Source: Ascoidea asiatica JCM 7603 (Eukaryota; Fungi; Ascomycota). From it: 56,301 nt of DNA. Shown here in pieces: positions 23,192 through 34,154 of the stretch. Location of the stretch: the NCBI GenBank assembly GCA_001600695.1, contig BCKQ01000007.1, forward strand, positions 638,794 through 695,094, in the 5' to 3' direction. Position 1 is the first letter of the stretch. The number at the start of each line of letters is the position of its first letter. The position numbers were made by a program, and so were the translations under genes. The notes under the pieces are model-generated. The model saw only the letters and a list, made by a program, of their open reading frames with translations, made no database searches and was not told the origin of the DNA.

Positions 23192-24413
23192 TTATAATCT
23201 TCTACCACGACGACCACCCTTCTTTCTTGTAGAATCAGAAGGAATTGGAGTAACATCTTCAATTCTACCAATTCTTAAACCAGATCTTGCTAAAGCTCTT
23301 AAAGCAGCAGATCCACCTGGACCTGGAGTTTTTGTTTTAGTACCACCAGTACCTCTTAATTTAACATGAACAGCAGTAATACCAACTTCTTTACATTTTG
23401 CAGCAACATCTTGAGCAGCTAACATTGCAGCATATGGAGTTGATTCATCCCTATCAGCTTTAACTTTCATACCACCAGTTACTCTTGCAATAGTTTCTTT
23501 ACCAGATAAATCAGTTACATGAACAAAAGTATCATTAAAAGAAGCAAAAATACGAGCTACACCAAATACTTGGGAACCGTCTCTTACTTGAGGACCTAAA
23601 GTAACGTTTTCTATATAAAAAAAATTAGTTAGTTTAATGTTTTTTTTTAAGTAAAAATTAATAAATTAATAAATTCATAAATCAATAGATTGAAAGAATA
23701 TAATTTGAATTCAAAAATGAAAATTTCAATTGGGGATTGTATAAAGAAGTTTACAGGGATTATTGTAATGAATTTTGAGAGTAAATAAGTGAGGGACAGT
23801 TGAGATTTTAATATGTAATTTATGAAATAAGGAAATCAGGGTTTTCTCCAATTATTAAATGCTTTATAGTTTTGAATCAAATGAATCAAAGAAAATCTAA
23901 TAAATAATTTAGACATAGAATGCTTTAATTGATTTTTAGGGTTATTTATTATAAATAAAATTCAATATAGGTAAATTTACTTTTTATACTTTTGATAATA
24001 TTTCAAATTTAAGATACGATTATTAAATAACATTATATTCTTGATCGCTATAATGCAAACTGATATTGTTCTTTCTTTTTTGAAATATAATTCATTGATT
24101 ATTTCAGTAGGTCATTGAGAATAGTAAAAACTTTTATAAGAAGTTAAACTACAAAGCCAATTTAAAATTGAAGAATCTGGGATTTATTTTTTCTTTGAAA
24201 GATTCTTAATATGAAATGTATTAATTTGATTTTTACTCTTTTTTTCTTTTCTTATTTATTATTCAAGTTTCTTCAATTAATATATCTTTGTTTATATTTT
24301 GTATATATTTTGAATATATGTTTTTTTCGCAGTAAATACTCCTTTTCCCAATTTAAAACTCTTGGATAGTATTCTTGTCATATATTTTAAAACATACCAG
24401 TTTTTGGAGCCAT
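23192..24413 (-). CDS. RPS14: 40S ribosomal protein uS11 (S14); exons 24413-24398 and 23610-23192, 787-nt intron
   Basis: Exon 1 ATGGCTCCAAAAACTG|GTATGT; branch AACTAAC at 23634-23628; TAG acceptor at 23611. Spliced product [22 protein letters not shown]...GGRRGRRL. Confidence 0.96.
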
Positions 24414-24684
24414 TATTATTATTTATCTTATATTATTATTTTTAATTTTTATTCCTATTATTATAATGGTAATAAATGAACTAAAAAAACCTTTAAATTT
24501 TTATTATATCAAAGCTAACAGTAGCAGTAATAATGAAAATAATAGCAGCGATATATTTCAAAAGGTGATTTTGAAGCCACAAGCAACGGAAACACTCCGG
24601 ATTCTGGTTCAGAGACAGACAACCAGGAAACGGAGACAAAAACGGAAGGCGGATATTTTTATCGAAAAAACTGAAAAAAAATGA

Positions 24685-24810
24685 AACACGTGATAAGTGC
24701 CAAAAGAAGTCACACGCAGAAATAATTTGAAGGAGCAGAGGATTGGTGTGAGTTGGCAAAAAGCAGCTGTAGCCCTTCTATAAAGATAAATAATTCGTAG
24801 AGCCCTAGTG
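24685..24810. promoter_or_regulatory. RPS14 promoter: Cbf1-type CACGTGA and two Tbf1-like AGCCCT motifs
   Basis: cacgtga near 24687; gtagccct near 24769; agccctag near 24801. Resembles the Tbf1+Cbf1 control of RP genes known in Candida. Confidence 0.45.
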
Positions 24811-25077
24811 TATAACTCGTGATTTAATTGAGTCCAGTATTAAGGCCTAGCTTATTTAGGTCAGTTTTTATTTTTTGAGGACGATGTTCAAATTATTAAG
24901 GGACGAATGTATTACAGTTTACAGACTATTGAATACAGTAGGCTAACAAAGATTAGAGATTAAGAGCGAGAATAGATTAAAATACAAATAGAATATGCAA
25001 ATAGTTATTGTTGTTAATGGAAGGTTAATTATATATTAGATTATTAATATTTTTATTTAAAGATACTTAATAATTAA

Positions 25078-25470
25078 TTAATAGACGAAACCTAAGATTT
25101 TACCGGAAACATGTTTTCTTCTAGCTTCTTCATGATCCATAATACCTGCAGAAGTAGTTAAAATAACAAAACCAAATTGTCTTGCAGGTAATAAATTATC
25201 AGTCCATTTTTCAATATCAGAAATTCTAACATTAAATCTTGGAGAAATTACACCACATTTATTTAGTCTACCATTTAATTGAATAACAATTTTACCAGAT
25301 CTATGATCATCAATATATTCAAATTCACCAATATAACCATGTTTTTGCATAACAGATAAAAATTTAATTATAACTTTGGATGAAGGTCTAATTAAAACTT
25401 GACGTTTACCAGCTTTTGAAGCATTATTAATGGCATTTAAAGCATCTGCTAATACTGAAGTTCTAGTCAT
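25078..25470 (-). CDS. RPS22: 40S ribosomal protein uS8 (S22)
   Basis: [17 protein letters not shown]...GKILGFVY. The true ATG is at 25470. Confidence 0.97.
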   Translation of the reverse strand: MTRTSVLADALNAINNASKAGKRQVLIRPSSKVIIKFLSVMQKHGYIGEFEYIDDHRSGKIVIQLNGRLNKCGVISPRFNVRISDIEKWTDNLLPARQFGFVILTTSAGIMDHEEARRKHVSGKILGFVY

Positions 25471-25501
25471 TTTGATTAATAATAATAATAATAATTGGAA
25501 A

Positions 25502-25945
25502 CTACAAATAATAATAGAAAAATTGTTAGAATTAAATTCTTGAAACTTGATAATTTTGTTTAGAAATAATATAAAATTTATTGACAATTATATAATATTT
25601 TCATAAATAACACTCTATTTTTCATCTTAAAGTAAAAGTAAAAGTAAAAGTAAATAAAAAAAGGAACATAATAGATTGAAGAAAATTGATAATTTTAATT
25701 GGAAATATTTGAAATGAATCTAGATTTTCGAACCAAAGAAATCCCCCAAGTTGACTAGATAATATAACCCAATATTTCACCTATTATTTCATTCATTATT
25801 TCACAATTAAAATCATAAATAAATCATTTCAATAAACATAAAAAACTAGAAAGAAAAAGAGTAATTAAAGGAGAAAAAAAGATGAAAGATAGAGGGCACA
25901 ATAAAAATATCATATGAAAAGACATAGATGATATAAATCACTTAC
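25502..25945 (-). other. Probable 5'-UTR spliceosomal intron of RPS22
   Basis: Minus strand has GTAAGT at 25945, TTCTAAC at 25531-25525 and GTAG ending at 25502, 31 nt before the ATG. Confidence 0.6.
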
Positions 25946-26562
25946 TGATTATATTGTTTAAAGTGGTACCTCTGATCTGATTGATAATTAATTCAAAATT
26001 CAAAAAATATAAACAAAAGTTTCAAATATATAAAAAACGAAAAGTAAATAATCTAAAATATCTGAAATATCTGAAGCTGATGAAGTTACTGGCCGAAGTG
26101 AGTAAAGCGAGTAAAATCAAGTTATTACGAACTGGAATATTTCACCGGGGAACAATCCCAAAATGCTGTCACATGATTCAGCATGTGACCACAAACTGAA
26201 AACACAAAAAGCAGTCACAAATCCCAAACTCGAACAGCACGCAGAAATTCAAAACCGGCGTCGCTGAAAAAAAGCAGCTGACGTAATCCGGGCTGCTGAG
26301 TTTATTACGTTCCGTGCACGGATACGCTAGCTGCTCTTACTGAGTGCTGAATCCGGTGGCTGAGCTTCAACGCTTGCGCTGTGTTTGCTCTGTTTGCTGT
26401 GTTCTGTTTCCTGCTCTCTCTTTGCCATGGTCTTTTCTGCTCTGAGATTATTCAGTTCGATATAATGAAATAAAACTATCACTTGAATTGTAGTTGTAGT
26501 TATAATTATAATTATATGTATAATTAAAAAATTAAAGATAACTGTTATTAATAATTATCAAG

Positions 26563-27098
26563 ATGCCTGTATGTAATAGTCCCAAGAAGTTCTAATCATT
26601 TGAATAACTATCTACTCCAGAAAATATCTTAAGAAATGTTCCCAAAGTTCCACATTAAATTATAAAGAAAGTAGTTTTAAAATTATATCTGAAGTGATAT
26701 TCCATATTAAAGAGAGAAATATATACTAGAAGAACTAAATAATGGAGTAATCATTAAAATCCATCGAAGAAAAAAGCTCTCGAATTCCAGTCTAAATTAT
26801 CACAATATGAAATATTGTTATCCAGTTTCAAAATTCAATCACTTCAATATAATTGTCTTATTATTCATTTCTGAGAGAATTAATAAATAGAAACCATATT
26901 ATTGATAATCAAATTTACTAACTTTTCTCATCTTTTTTTACAATATAGTCCAATAAATCATTTAGAACTAAACAAAAATTAGCTAAGGCTCAAAAACTTA
27001 ATCGTCAAATTCCACAATTTGTTAGATTACAAACTAATAATAAAATTAGATACAACAATAAAAGAAGAAGTTGGAGAAGAACTAGATTAGGTATTTAG
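26563..27098 (+). CDS. RPL39: 60S ribosomal protein eL39; exons 26563-26568 and 26949-27098 (absent from the ORF track)
   Basis: ATGCCT|GTATGT; TACTAAC at 26916-26922; TAG acceptor at 26948. Product [51 protein letters not shown]. Confidence 0.96.
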
Positions 27099-27622
27099 TT
27101 TATTTATTTATTTAATAATATTATAATTAAATTTATCATTAAATTAATCATTAAATTGCTATAATATATATATTCATATAAAATATAAATGAATTTTACT
27201 TTAATATCTTAAATTGTTGCTTATTATCAATATCATTTATTACTTAAAAAGTAATCAATTTTTCCATTTATATACAATTTATATATATTTTATATCTTTC
27301 TATTAATCAATGCCTAATTTTTCACTTTAATTTACCAATTCCCCTTTAGTTTGATATCTAACTGTAAATAATATTTTCGACAATTATATCAAAGTCACGT
27401 TTCACAACATGAATACCGGTATTACTTCCATTTTTTGTATCCCTAAAAACTTTTATTAACTTTCATTAACTTTCAAAAAGTGAAAAATAAATAAAATGTA
27501 AAAATTCATTTGAATAATATCATTATAAAAGAGATTCAATTTCTCTTAATTTATTGAAACATTTATTATTGTTTATTACAAATGTAGCAAAGTAAACATT
27601 ATGTTTATTATTAAATTAATTG

Positions 27623-27856
27623 GTAAGTAATTTTCTATGTAAATCACTGAAATAAATATGTTTTGTTAGAAAATATGATGAAGAAACAAAATTTAGCTAG
27701 ATAGTATATGAATATAATGATTATTAAATTGATTGTGGGAATCTCTCTGATATTATTCTAATAAGATTTATTTTTAAGATGTGATAAAATATGGAAATAA
27801 TATAAATGAAAATACTGGTAATGTTCAATTAACTAACAATTTATTATTATTATTAG
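27623..27856 (+). other. Spliceosomal intron of a probably non-coding snoRNA host transcript
   Basis: GTAAGT at 27623, AACTAAC at 27831-27837, TAG ending at 27856; encloses the snoRNA. Confidence 0.75.
27671..27754 (+). ncRNA. SNR65: Box C/D snoRNA, snR65-like, with a second (U79-like) guide
   Basis: Box C ATGATGA 27675-81; D' ATGA 27708-11 preceded by GCTAGATAGTA (antisense to 25S UACUAUCUAGC); C' ATGATTA 27717-23; box D CTGA 27747-50 preceded by GTGGGAATCTC (antisense to 25S GAGAUUCCCAC); flanking stem ttagaa/ttctaa. The rRNA sequence is recalled from S. cerevisiae. Confidence 0.88.
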
Positions 27857-28280
27857 ACACTTGTTTCTTGTTCTCTTATGTATTTTTGATACATTTTCTT
27901 TTTTTTTTTTTACTATATAGCCTTAATAAATATCAATTTTTCTTAATTTCTTAATTCATAAAGCAATCGAATAATACAATATTTTATCAACTGGTTTTCT
28001 AATCATTTGAAAACTTAGATGATCATGTACTTTATTTTGAATTTAAATGTTGTTTAATATAATTTAATATGTTTAATCAAAGATACATATATGATAATGT
28101 AGGCAAATATATAAATATAAATAATATAAAATAAATAGTATTGAAGATATTTAAACAATCTTCAGATTTAAAATTAAATGAAATTGATAAAAAATAATGG
28201 TAATGATAGTATATAGTAAATACTAGAGTAGGATAGATAATATACAAGTGATTGTTTGAAAATAAATAAGAAGTTGAAAA

Positions 28281-28350
28281 AGAAGATTGAAAATAGAAGA
28301 TTGAAAATAGAAGATTGAAAATAGAAGATTGAAAATAGAAGATTGGAAAT
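28281..28350. repeat. 14-nt tandem repeat (AGAAGATTGAAAAT)x5
   Basis: Four perfect copies and one with a single change. Confidence 0.9.
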
Positions 28351-28551
28351 ATAAAATAAAAGATTTTGAATAAAAAAACTGAATGAATATCTCTTTTATA
28401 AGTTTCTTTAAATCATTTGATTTGGACTGATGATAGATTGAATAATATTTCGATTAATATCTTGATTGATAATATGTTTTGATTGGCAATAATTTTTATT
28501 TTTTTTTTTTTATTTGATTCTTTTGTTTGATTTGAGGAATAAATTATAAAT

Positions 28552-29067
28552 TTAAACTTGTTCAAAAGCAGTTTCAATTGGTTTTTCCATTAATGAAGCA
28601 TGACCTAAAACAGAAACACCAGAAGCACCAATTAACCACATCATTGTACTAATTGGACTTGCAATAAAACCTAAAGGAACTGCAATAACCATTAAACCAG
28701 TATATAATTGACTTGTATTTAATAAACCAAATGGAGTTTTTAATTCACCTTCAGGTAATCTATTAATACCATAAACACCACCAACTACAAAAACTAAAAC
28801 AAATAATAATAATAAATTTGTAATTAAAGCATAAAAACTTAATAAACCAACAATTGCTAAATAATTTGATGAAAAATAACCTAAATTAAATCCAACTCTA
28901 CTTTGAATTTCACCAAAATTTTGTGGTTTTGAGATTCTTCTAACATCAAAAAATTCTTGTGGAGTTTTTAAAGTTGATAAACGAGATGAAACTGTATTAA
29001 TGTTTGAACGAATATTTTCTTGAGTGAAATTATTTGTAAATTGTGATAATGAAGAAAGTTGATTCAT
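28552..29067 (-). CDS. YIP3: PRA1-family prenylated Rab acceptor
   Basis: EFFDVRRISKPQNFGEIQSRVGFNLGYFSSNY; WLIGASGVSVLGHASLMEKPIE. Confidence 0.92.
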   Translation of the reverse strand: MNQLSSLSQFTNNFTQENIRSNINTVSSRLSTLKTPQEFFDVRRISKPQNFGEIQSRVGFNLGYFSSNYLAIVGLLSFYALITNLLLLFVLVFVVGGVYGINRLPEGELKTPFGLLNTSQLYTGLMVIAVPLGFIASPISTMMWLIGASGVSVLGHASLMEKPIETAFEQV

Positions 29068-29652
29068 TTTTGATAGATTGATAATTTGATAAGCTTTGAA
29101 ATGATATTTGAATATAAATAAAATATGTAATGTATATATAAGAATGTAATTATAATCGAAAGTAATGATGAATCTAAAGTCTTTACTTCTTTTAACTTTT
29201 CTTTATTTGATCTTTATCTCTATTATTATTATTGTTATTATTGATTCTAATTTAATCTTTATCTTTAATTTTAGGATATCAAATCGAATAAATGCAATGA
29301 ATCAAAACAGAATTTGTGTTTTTGTTGCAACTTGTTTTTTTTGCTTCGTTTTTGCTTTTGTTTTTGTTTTTGCTTCCGGCGTTTTCTTTTTCTGCCGCGT
29401 TTGTCCTGACTCAGCCGCCGGACAGGAAAAAAGAAAACCAGGGACGAGTGTCCCTGTGTAGGGCAATGATGTCACAAGACAAGGACAATTCTCGCCCCGG
29501 ATTTTACAATTGAAATAATTTATCAATTTGATCAGTAAATAAATAACTAAATACATAAATAATTGATTGATCATTTATGCAATTTTATTGATTTGAAAAG
29601 TATTTGGAATTAGAAAGGGTTTATAGAAAAGTAATACTTTATAAGTGTGATA

Positions 29653-31203
29653 CTATTTGAAATCTTTAAAAGACCATTTTTCAGAAACTTTTGAAGCATA
29701 TTTTCTCTTCTTTGGAACATAAACTCTTGATTCAATTTTACCCTTAGCTTGAAGAGTTCTCATTTGATCATAAAATAAATTACCTTCAGGTTTCAAAGCT
29801 CTTAAAGAATCTGTTAATTCATCAGATAATTTTACTTCTAATTGTTCATCAATAACTTTATATTGAGTACCAATTTTACCATTTTTAACATTTTTTTTTG
29901 CATTTTTTGAAATAAAATTATTTAATTGTTCTTTTTCAATAATTTTTTTATTTTTACTTTCAACTTCTTCCGTTATTTCTGATAATTTTTCAAGCTCTTT
30001 AATTCTTAATTTAATTGATTTTATTTCATCTTCTAATCTTAATCTTTCTTTATGTCTTTTTAATCTATTTTTCTTTTGTTGAGTTTTTTCTCTTCTTATA
30101 GTTGGAGTATTTAATGATAAACCTAAACTTGAACTTATTTCTTTTTCCTTAATAATATTACTTATTTCTGGTTTATCTTCATCATTAACTTTAGCATAAA
30201 CATTTATTGATTCTTCAATTTTTTCTTCTACTTTATTATCTTTGTTATCATTATTATTATTACTATCATTATCATTATCACTATCATTATCATTATCGCT
30301 ATCATCATCACTATAATCTATATTATCAATTTTACCATTTTTGATATTTCTTTCTCTTTCTTTTGCTTTTTTTTCTTCTTCTCTTTCATCTTTTTCAATT
30401 TCTTTTGTTAATTGAATAATTTTTTGTTTTTTAACTTCAATTTCAATTCTTTTATCTTCAATTAATTTTTCTTTTGTATATTCTTTATTTATTAATTTTT
30501 TCCAAGATTCAAGTGAAGGATTATAAGATTTTCCTTCATTTGGAAATTTTTCAAGATTTCTAATTTGTAAAGGTTGATGTTTTAAAGTTTTTGGAATTGT
30601 TGAAGGTTTTCTAAAACTTGTTCTTGAACTTTCATTAATATTATTAATAAGTTCTTGATCATTTTTTTTTGAAGAAATTATTACTTTTTTTACTTTTTTT
30701 TCTAATTTTTTCTCCTTCTCATCATCAGCCCATGGATCATATAAATTATTTGAATTTTTTAAACTTAAAATATCATTATTATTAATCATTGCTTGAGTTT
30801 TTGTAACACCCATAACTTTACCACCTAATTGTCTTAAATTATCATAATCTTTTTTAGACACTCTATTTCTATTATTATTTTTAGATTTAATTTTAATTTT
30901 TTTTTTATTTTCAGTTAATTCTGGAATTTTTGATCTAAATTTATGTTGATTTAAAATTTCATCAAATTTTGATTCTTTTATTATAATTTTTTTTTTCTTA
31001 AAAATATTTTTATCACCTTCAGTATCAATAGTAAATAAATCATTTGAATTTAATTCTTTTATATCTTCTTTACCAAATTTTATTAAATCATCTCTTTTTT
31101 CTTTAATTTTAATTTCAATATCTTCAATATCAATATTTTTTCTCCAACTTCTTTTATTCTTACGAGAACTTTGAGATTTTGTTGAAGGTCTACCAATATC
31201 CAT
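29653..31203 (-). CDS. NOP53: 60S biogenesis factor Nop53
   Basis: QSSRKNKRSWRKNIDI, LFTIDTEGD (arch-interacting motif), GKSYNPSLESW, LSDELTDSLRALKPEGNL, EKWSFKDFK. Confidence 0.95.
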   Translation of the reverse strand: MDIGRPSTKSQSSRKNKRSWRKNIDIEDIEIKIKEKRDDLIKFGKEDIKELNSNDLFTIDTEGDKNIFKKKKIIIKESKFDEILNQHKFRSKIPELTENKKKIKIKSKNNNRNRVSKKDYDNLRQLGGKVMGVTKTQAMINNNDILSLKNSNNLYDPWADDEKEKKLEKKVKKVIISSKKNDQELINNINESSRTSFRKPSTIPKTLKHQPLQIRNLEKFPNEGKSYNPSLESWKKLINKEYTKEKLIEDKRIEIEVKKQKIIQLTKEIEKDEREEEKKAKERERNIKNGKIDNIDYSDDDSDNDNDSDNDNDSNNNNDNKDNKVEEKIEESINVYAKVNDEDKPEISNIIKEKEISSSLGLSLNTPTIRREKTQQKKNRLKRHKERLRLEDEIKSIKLRIKELEKLSEITEEVESKNKKIIEKEQLNNFISKNAKKNVKNGKIGTQYKVIDEQLEVKLSDELTDSLRALKPEGNLFYDQMRTLQAKGKIESRVYVPKKRKYASKVSEKWSFKDFK

Positions 31204-31901
31204 TTTTAGTATATATATATATATATTCAGATATTTAAATAATTATTTACTATTATTCAATACTCTCTTTAGATTAAATTGAAAATAAAATCTAAAAATA
31301 AAAAGATAAACTCAAAGATAAAGATAAAGATAAAAAGATTGTGAGTATTCTTACAGTGATAAAAACTGTTTTTGATCAAGGAAATATCAAAAAAAATTAA
31401 ATTGAAAATAAAAAAAAATGAAAATGAAAATGAAAATAAAAATAAAAATAAAACGACACGGAGCTCGAGAAACGTGCGTCGGAAATTAAAAAAAAATCGT
31501 CACGCACTTTTATATCACATGACATTTTTGTCCTGTATATGTGCCCTGATATAATTACTTTTACGTCCCAATTAATTGCTTTTTTATTTAGCGCCGTTTT
31601 TGTGGGTTTGCTTCCTTTTTGGGATTTCAGCCGATCGGAAAGATAAGAACCATTTCGGCTCACTTTCGGCTTGTTTCGAACTTTGCACAACGAAGAAATA
31701 AAATAAAAGAAAATAAAAGAAAGGAAAATAAAAGAAAAGAAAATTGGTTTAAAATTTATTGTTATTTATTGGCATAGAAAGAAAAACTGATTTTAAAGTG
31801 TTTTAAATAAGTAGATAATAAAGAAGTAACGCATATATATAGTATAATCTATATATTGCATAAATTGATAGGGACTTGAAGTGTCAGAGTCAAGAGGGAA
31901 T

Positions 31902-32806
31902 TCAAAAGATAAATTCATAATTTAAATCAAGTGGATGACTAGAACTTAATTGTGAAATTTGAGAAAAACCTCCATTTTTTAAAATATTTGTAATATTCTG
32001 AAAAAGTGTTGAATAACTTTGTGTTAATTCACTTTCAAAAACAGTTTTAAAAGAATTTGATAATGCTCCACATTCTTCACCACTAATAGTTGCATCTGCA
32101 GAAGTTTGAGTATCTAAACAACCACTGAACATAATAATATCTGCAGTTGAAAAATTTTCTAATTCTGCCCATTTTGTAACATTTGAAATATTTTTTAATT
32201 CACCATTAGTTAAATAAGTATATGGTAAATCTAAAACAGAACCTGAAAAACATGAATCAAAAATTGTTGTTAATCTACAACCTGTTGGTAATGGTTTTAT
32301 AAGTAAATCATGTAAAATATCATCTTTTAAATCACCATTTGTTTCATAATCTAATGGACAAATACATTCATCTCTTTTATCAGTTTCATCATTAGAATTA
32401 TCAGTAATATAAGTTCCATGACCAGAATAATGAAAAAATAAAGAATCATTAATAGAAGCATTTTCAACTACCAATTGATTGCATTAATAATATTTTCTTT
32501 ATTTGGAATTAATTCTTCATTTTCATTATCTTCAGAATCAGTTAATAATGATATATTTTCTTCTTCAAAATTTTTTGTTAATAAAAATTCTTTCATATTA
32601 TTTGCATCATTAATACAACCATTTAATTCAGATTCTGTACCAATATAATTGATACCAATAAGTATAGCTTTTTTATTACCACAACAATTTGAATATTGAA
32701 AAGTTAAACCATTTAATTCAGAATCTTCATTATCATCTTTATATTCTTCTGAATAATCTGGTTTTAAAATATTTTCTTCTTCAACATAAAAAATTTCTTC
32801 AGACAT
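31902..32806 (-). pseudogene. Metacaspase (Mca1-like, no Q/N prodomain) with a 1-nt frameshift near 32470; either a pseudogene or a sequence error
   Basis: KKAILIGINYIG..ELNGCIND in one frame; FFHYSGHG and DSCFSGSVLDLP in another. The junction TGG TA GTT GAA is restored by one T to read W-L-V-E. Confidence 0.75.
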
Positions 32807-33436
32807 TTTTAATAAAAGCAATATAATAATAGTAAAATTGATTTGATATAAAATTGTTAATTGTGGTTATAGATTACAATACAAATTTTCAGAAAAAACA
32901 TTCTTCAATAATTGAGAAATAAAAGTTCACATTTATATTCTTTTCCATTGTACATTGATTTTTAATCCATTGTTCAATTGACTTCGATTGATTTTGATAT
33001 TAACTAATCAATAAGGGTGAAAAATTTATGAAATGATTAATTAAAACTTCCAAACCAAATAATAAAGGATTCCTAGTAAATGGTGAAAAATGATTGATTC
33101 ATTTTATCAAAACCATTTGTATTCTCTAACGGACATAAATCTGGTATAAAAGGGACCTTTTAGATGAAAATGGGGGTTTTTTTATTTAAAACATAAGTAT
33201 ACTTTCAAATCTCAAAATAAATTATAATTCAATACTCGTTTATGGTAAATATCTTCTTCCAAGACATTTGAAATTGAATTAGCATATTCAGCTTTTCTAA
33301 ATATCCAACTAGGGTATGAGAAGTAATTTTAAACTTGAAACTTGTTTATTATAATTCAAAGAAGCCCCATAAGATTGCTTCATCACTTATTATCTTAATG
33401 ACTCTCTGCAATCAGAACTGGATAAGAAAGAATAAC

Positions 33437-33522
33437 TGTTTCTGTTGTTCGTGTTTCTGTTGTTCTGTTCTGTTGTTCTGTTCTGTTGTTCTGTTCTGTT
33501 GTTGTGTTCTGTTTCTGTTCTT
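33437..33522. repeat. Degenerate (TGTTC/TGT)n simple repeat
   Basis: Read directly. Confidence 0.75.
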
Positions 33523-34154
33523 CTGATAACAAAAATAAAAAAACCACAAATTTTCAAGGCAGATTTGAATTTTTCGGGAATTTTTACTTGGAACCCGCAG
33601 ATGAAGTTCGGGTCGGTTCCTGTTTTTAAAAGCCCGAATTGAACGCCCTCCTAAAATGGGATAACTCAAATCAGTCACGTGTACCGTTTTTTTTGTCCCA
33701 TAAAACTCGACTTTTGGGAATTTCCCAAATGTTTTTATTTTCATTTCCTTTTTTGGGCATTTTCGTGTTTTTTTTATTTTCATTTTCTGTTTTTTTCTGT
33801 TTATTTTATCATTGTGTCATGAATAGAAATAGAAATAGAAATAGACATAGAAACAGAAATAGAAATAACTGAAGAAATGTGTAACAGATCATAAAGTAAA
33901 CTAGAAAATAGTTGGATAATCAGTTACAAAAGAAGCATGAAGCTGTTAGGTAATTATGGTTGAATACTCAAGGTACTTTACTTTGATTATAAAGTTATAT
34001 TTACTGACTTGAATTGAGTAGTTTGGATTTGAATAATGGTTTTTTTTATCTAGTTCATAGATCAGCTCTCAAATAAACTCTCGAAATCCAAAATTACAAA
34101 ATAATATAATATAATATAAAATAATATAAAAGATCTTAACACAATCAATTTAAA

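Noticed and set aside
24780-24960. Possible snR189/snR44 H/ACA snoRNA
   Set aside because: Partial guide-like words (ataact, tttaat) are present, but I could not build a hairpin-H-hairpin-ACA structure.
28281-28350. Tandem repeats as a CRISPR array or telomeric repeat
   Set aside because: No spacers, eukaryotic context and internal position; ordinary minisatellites.
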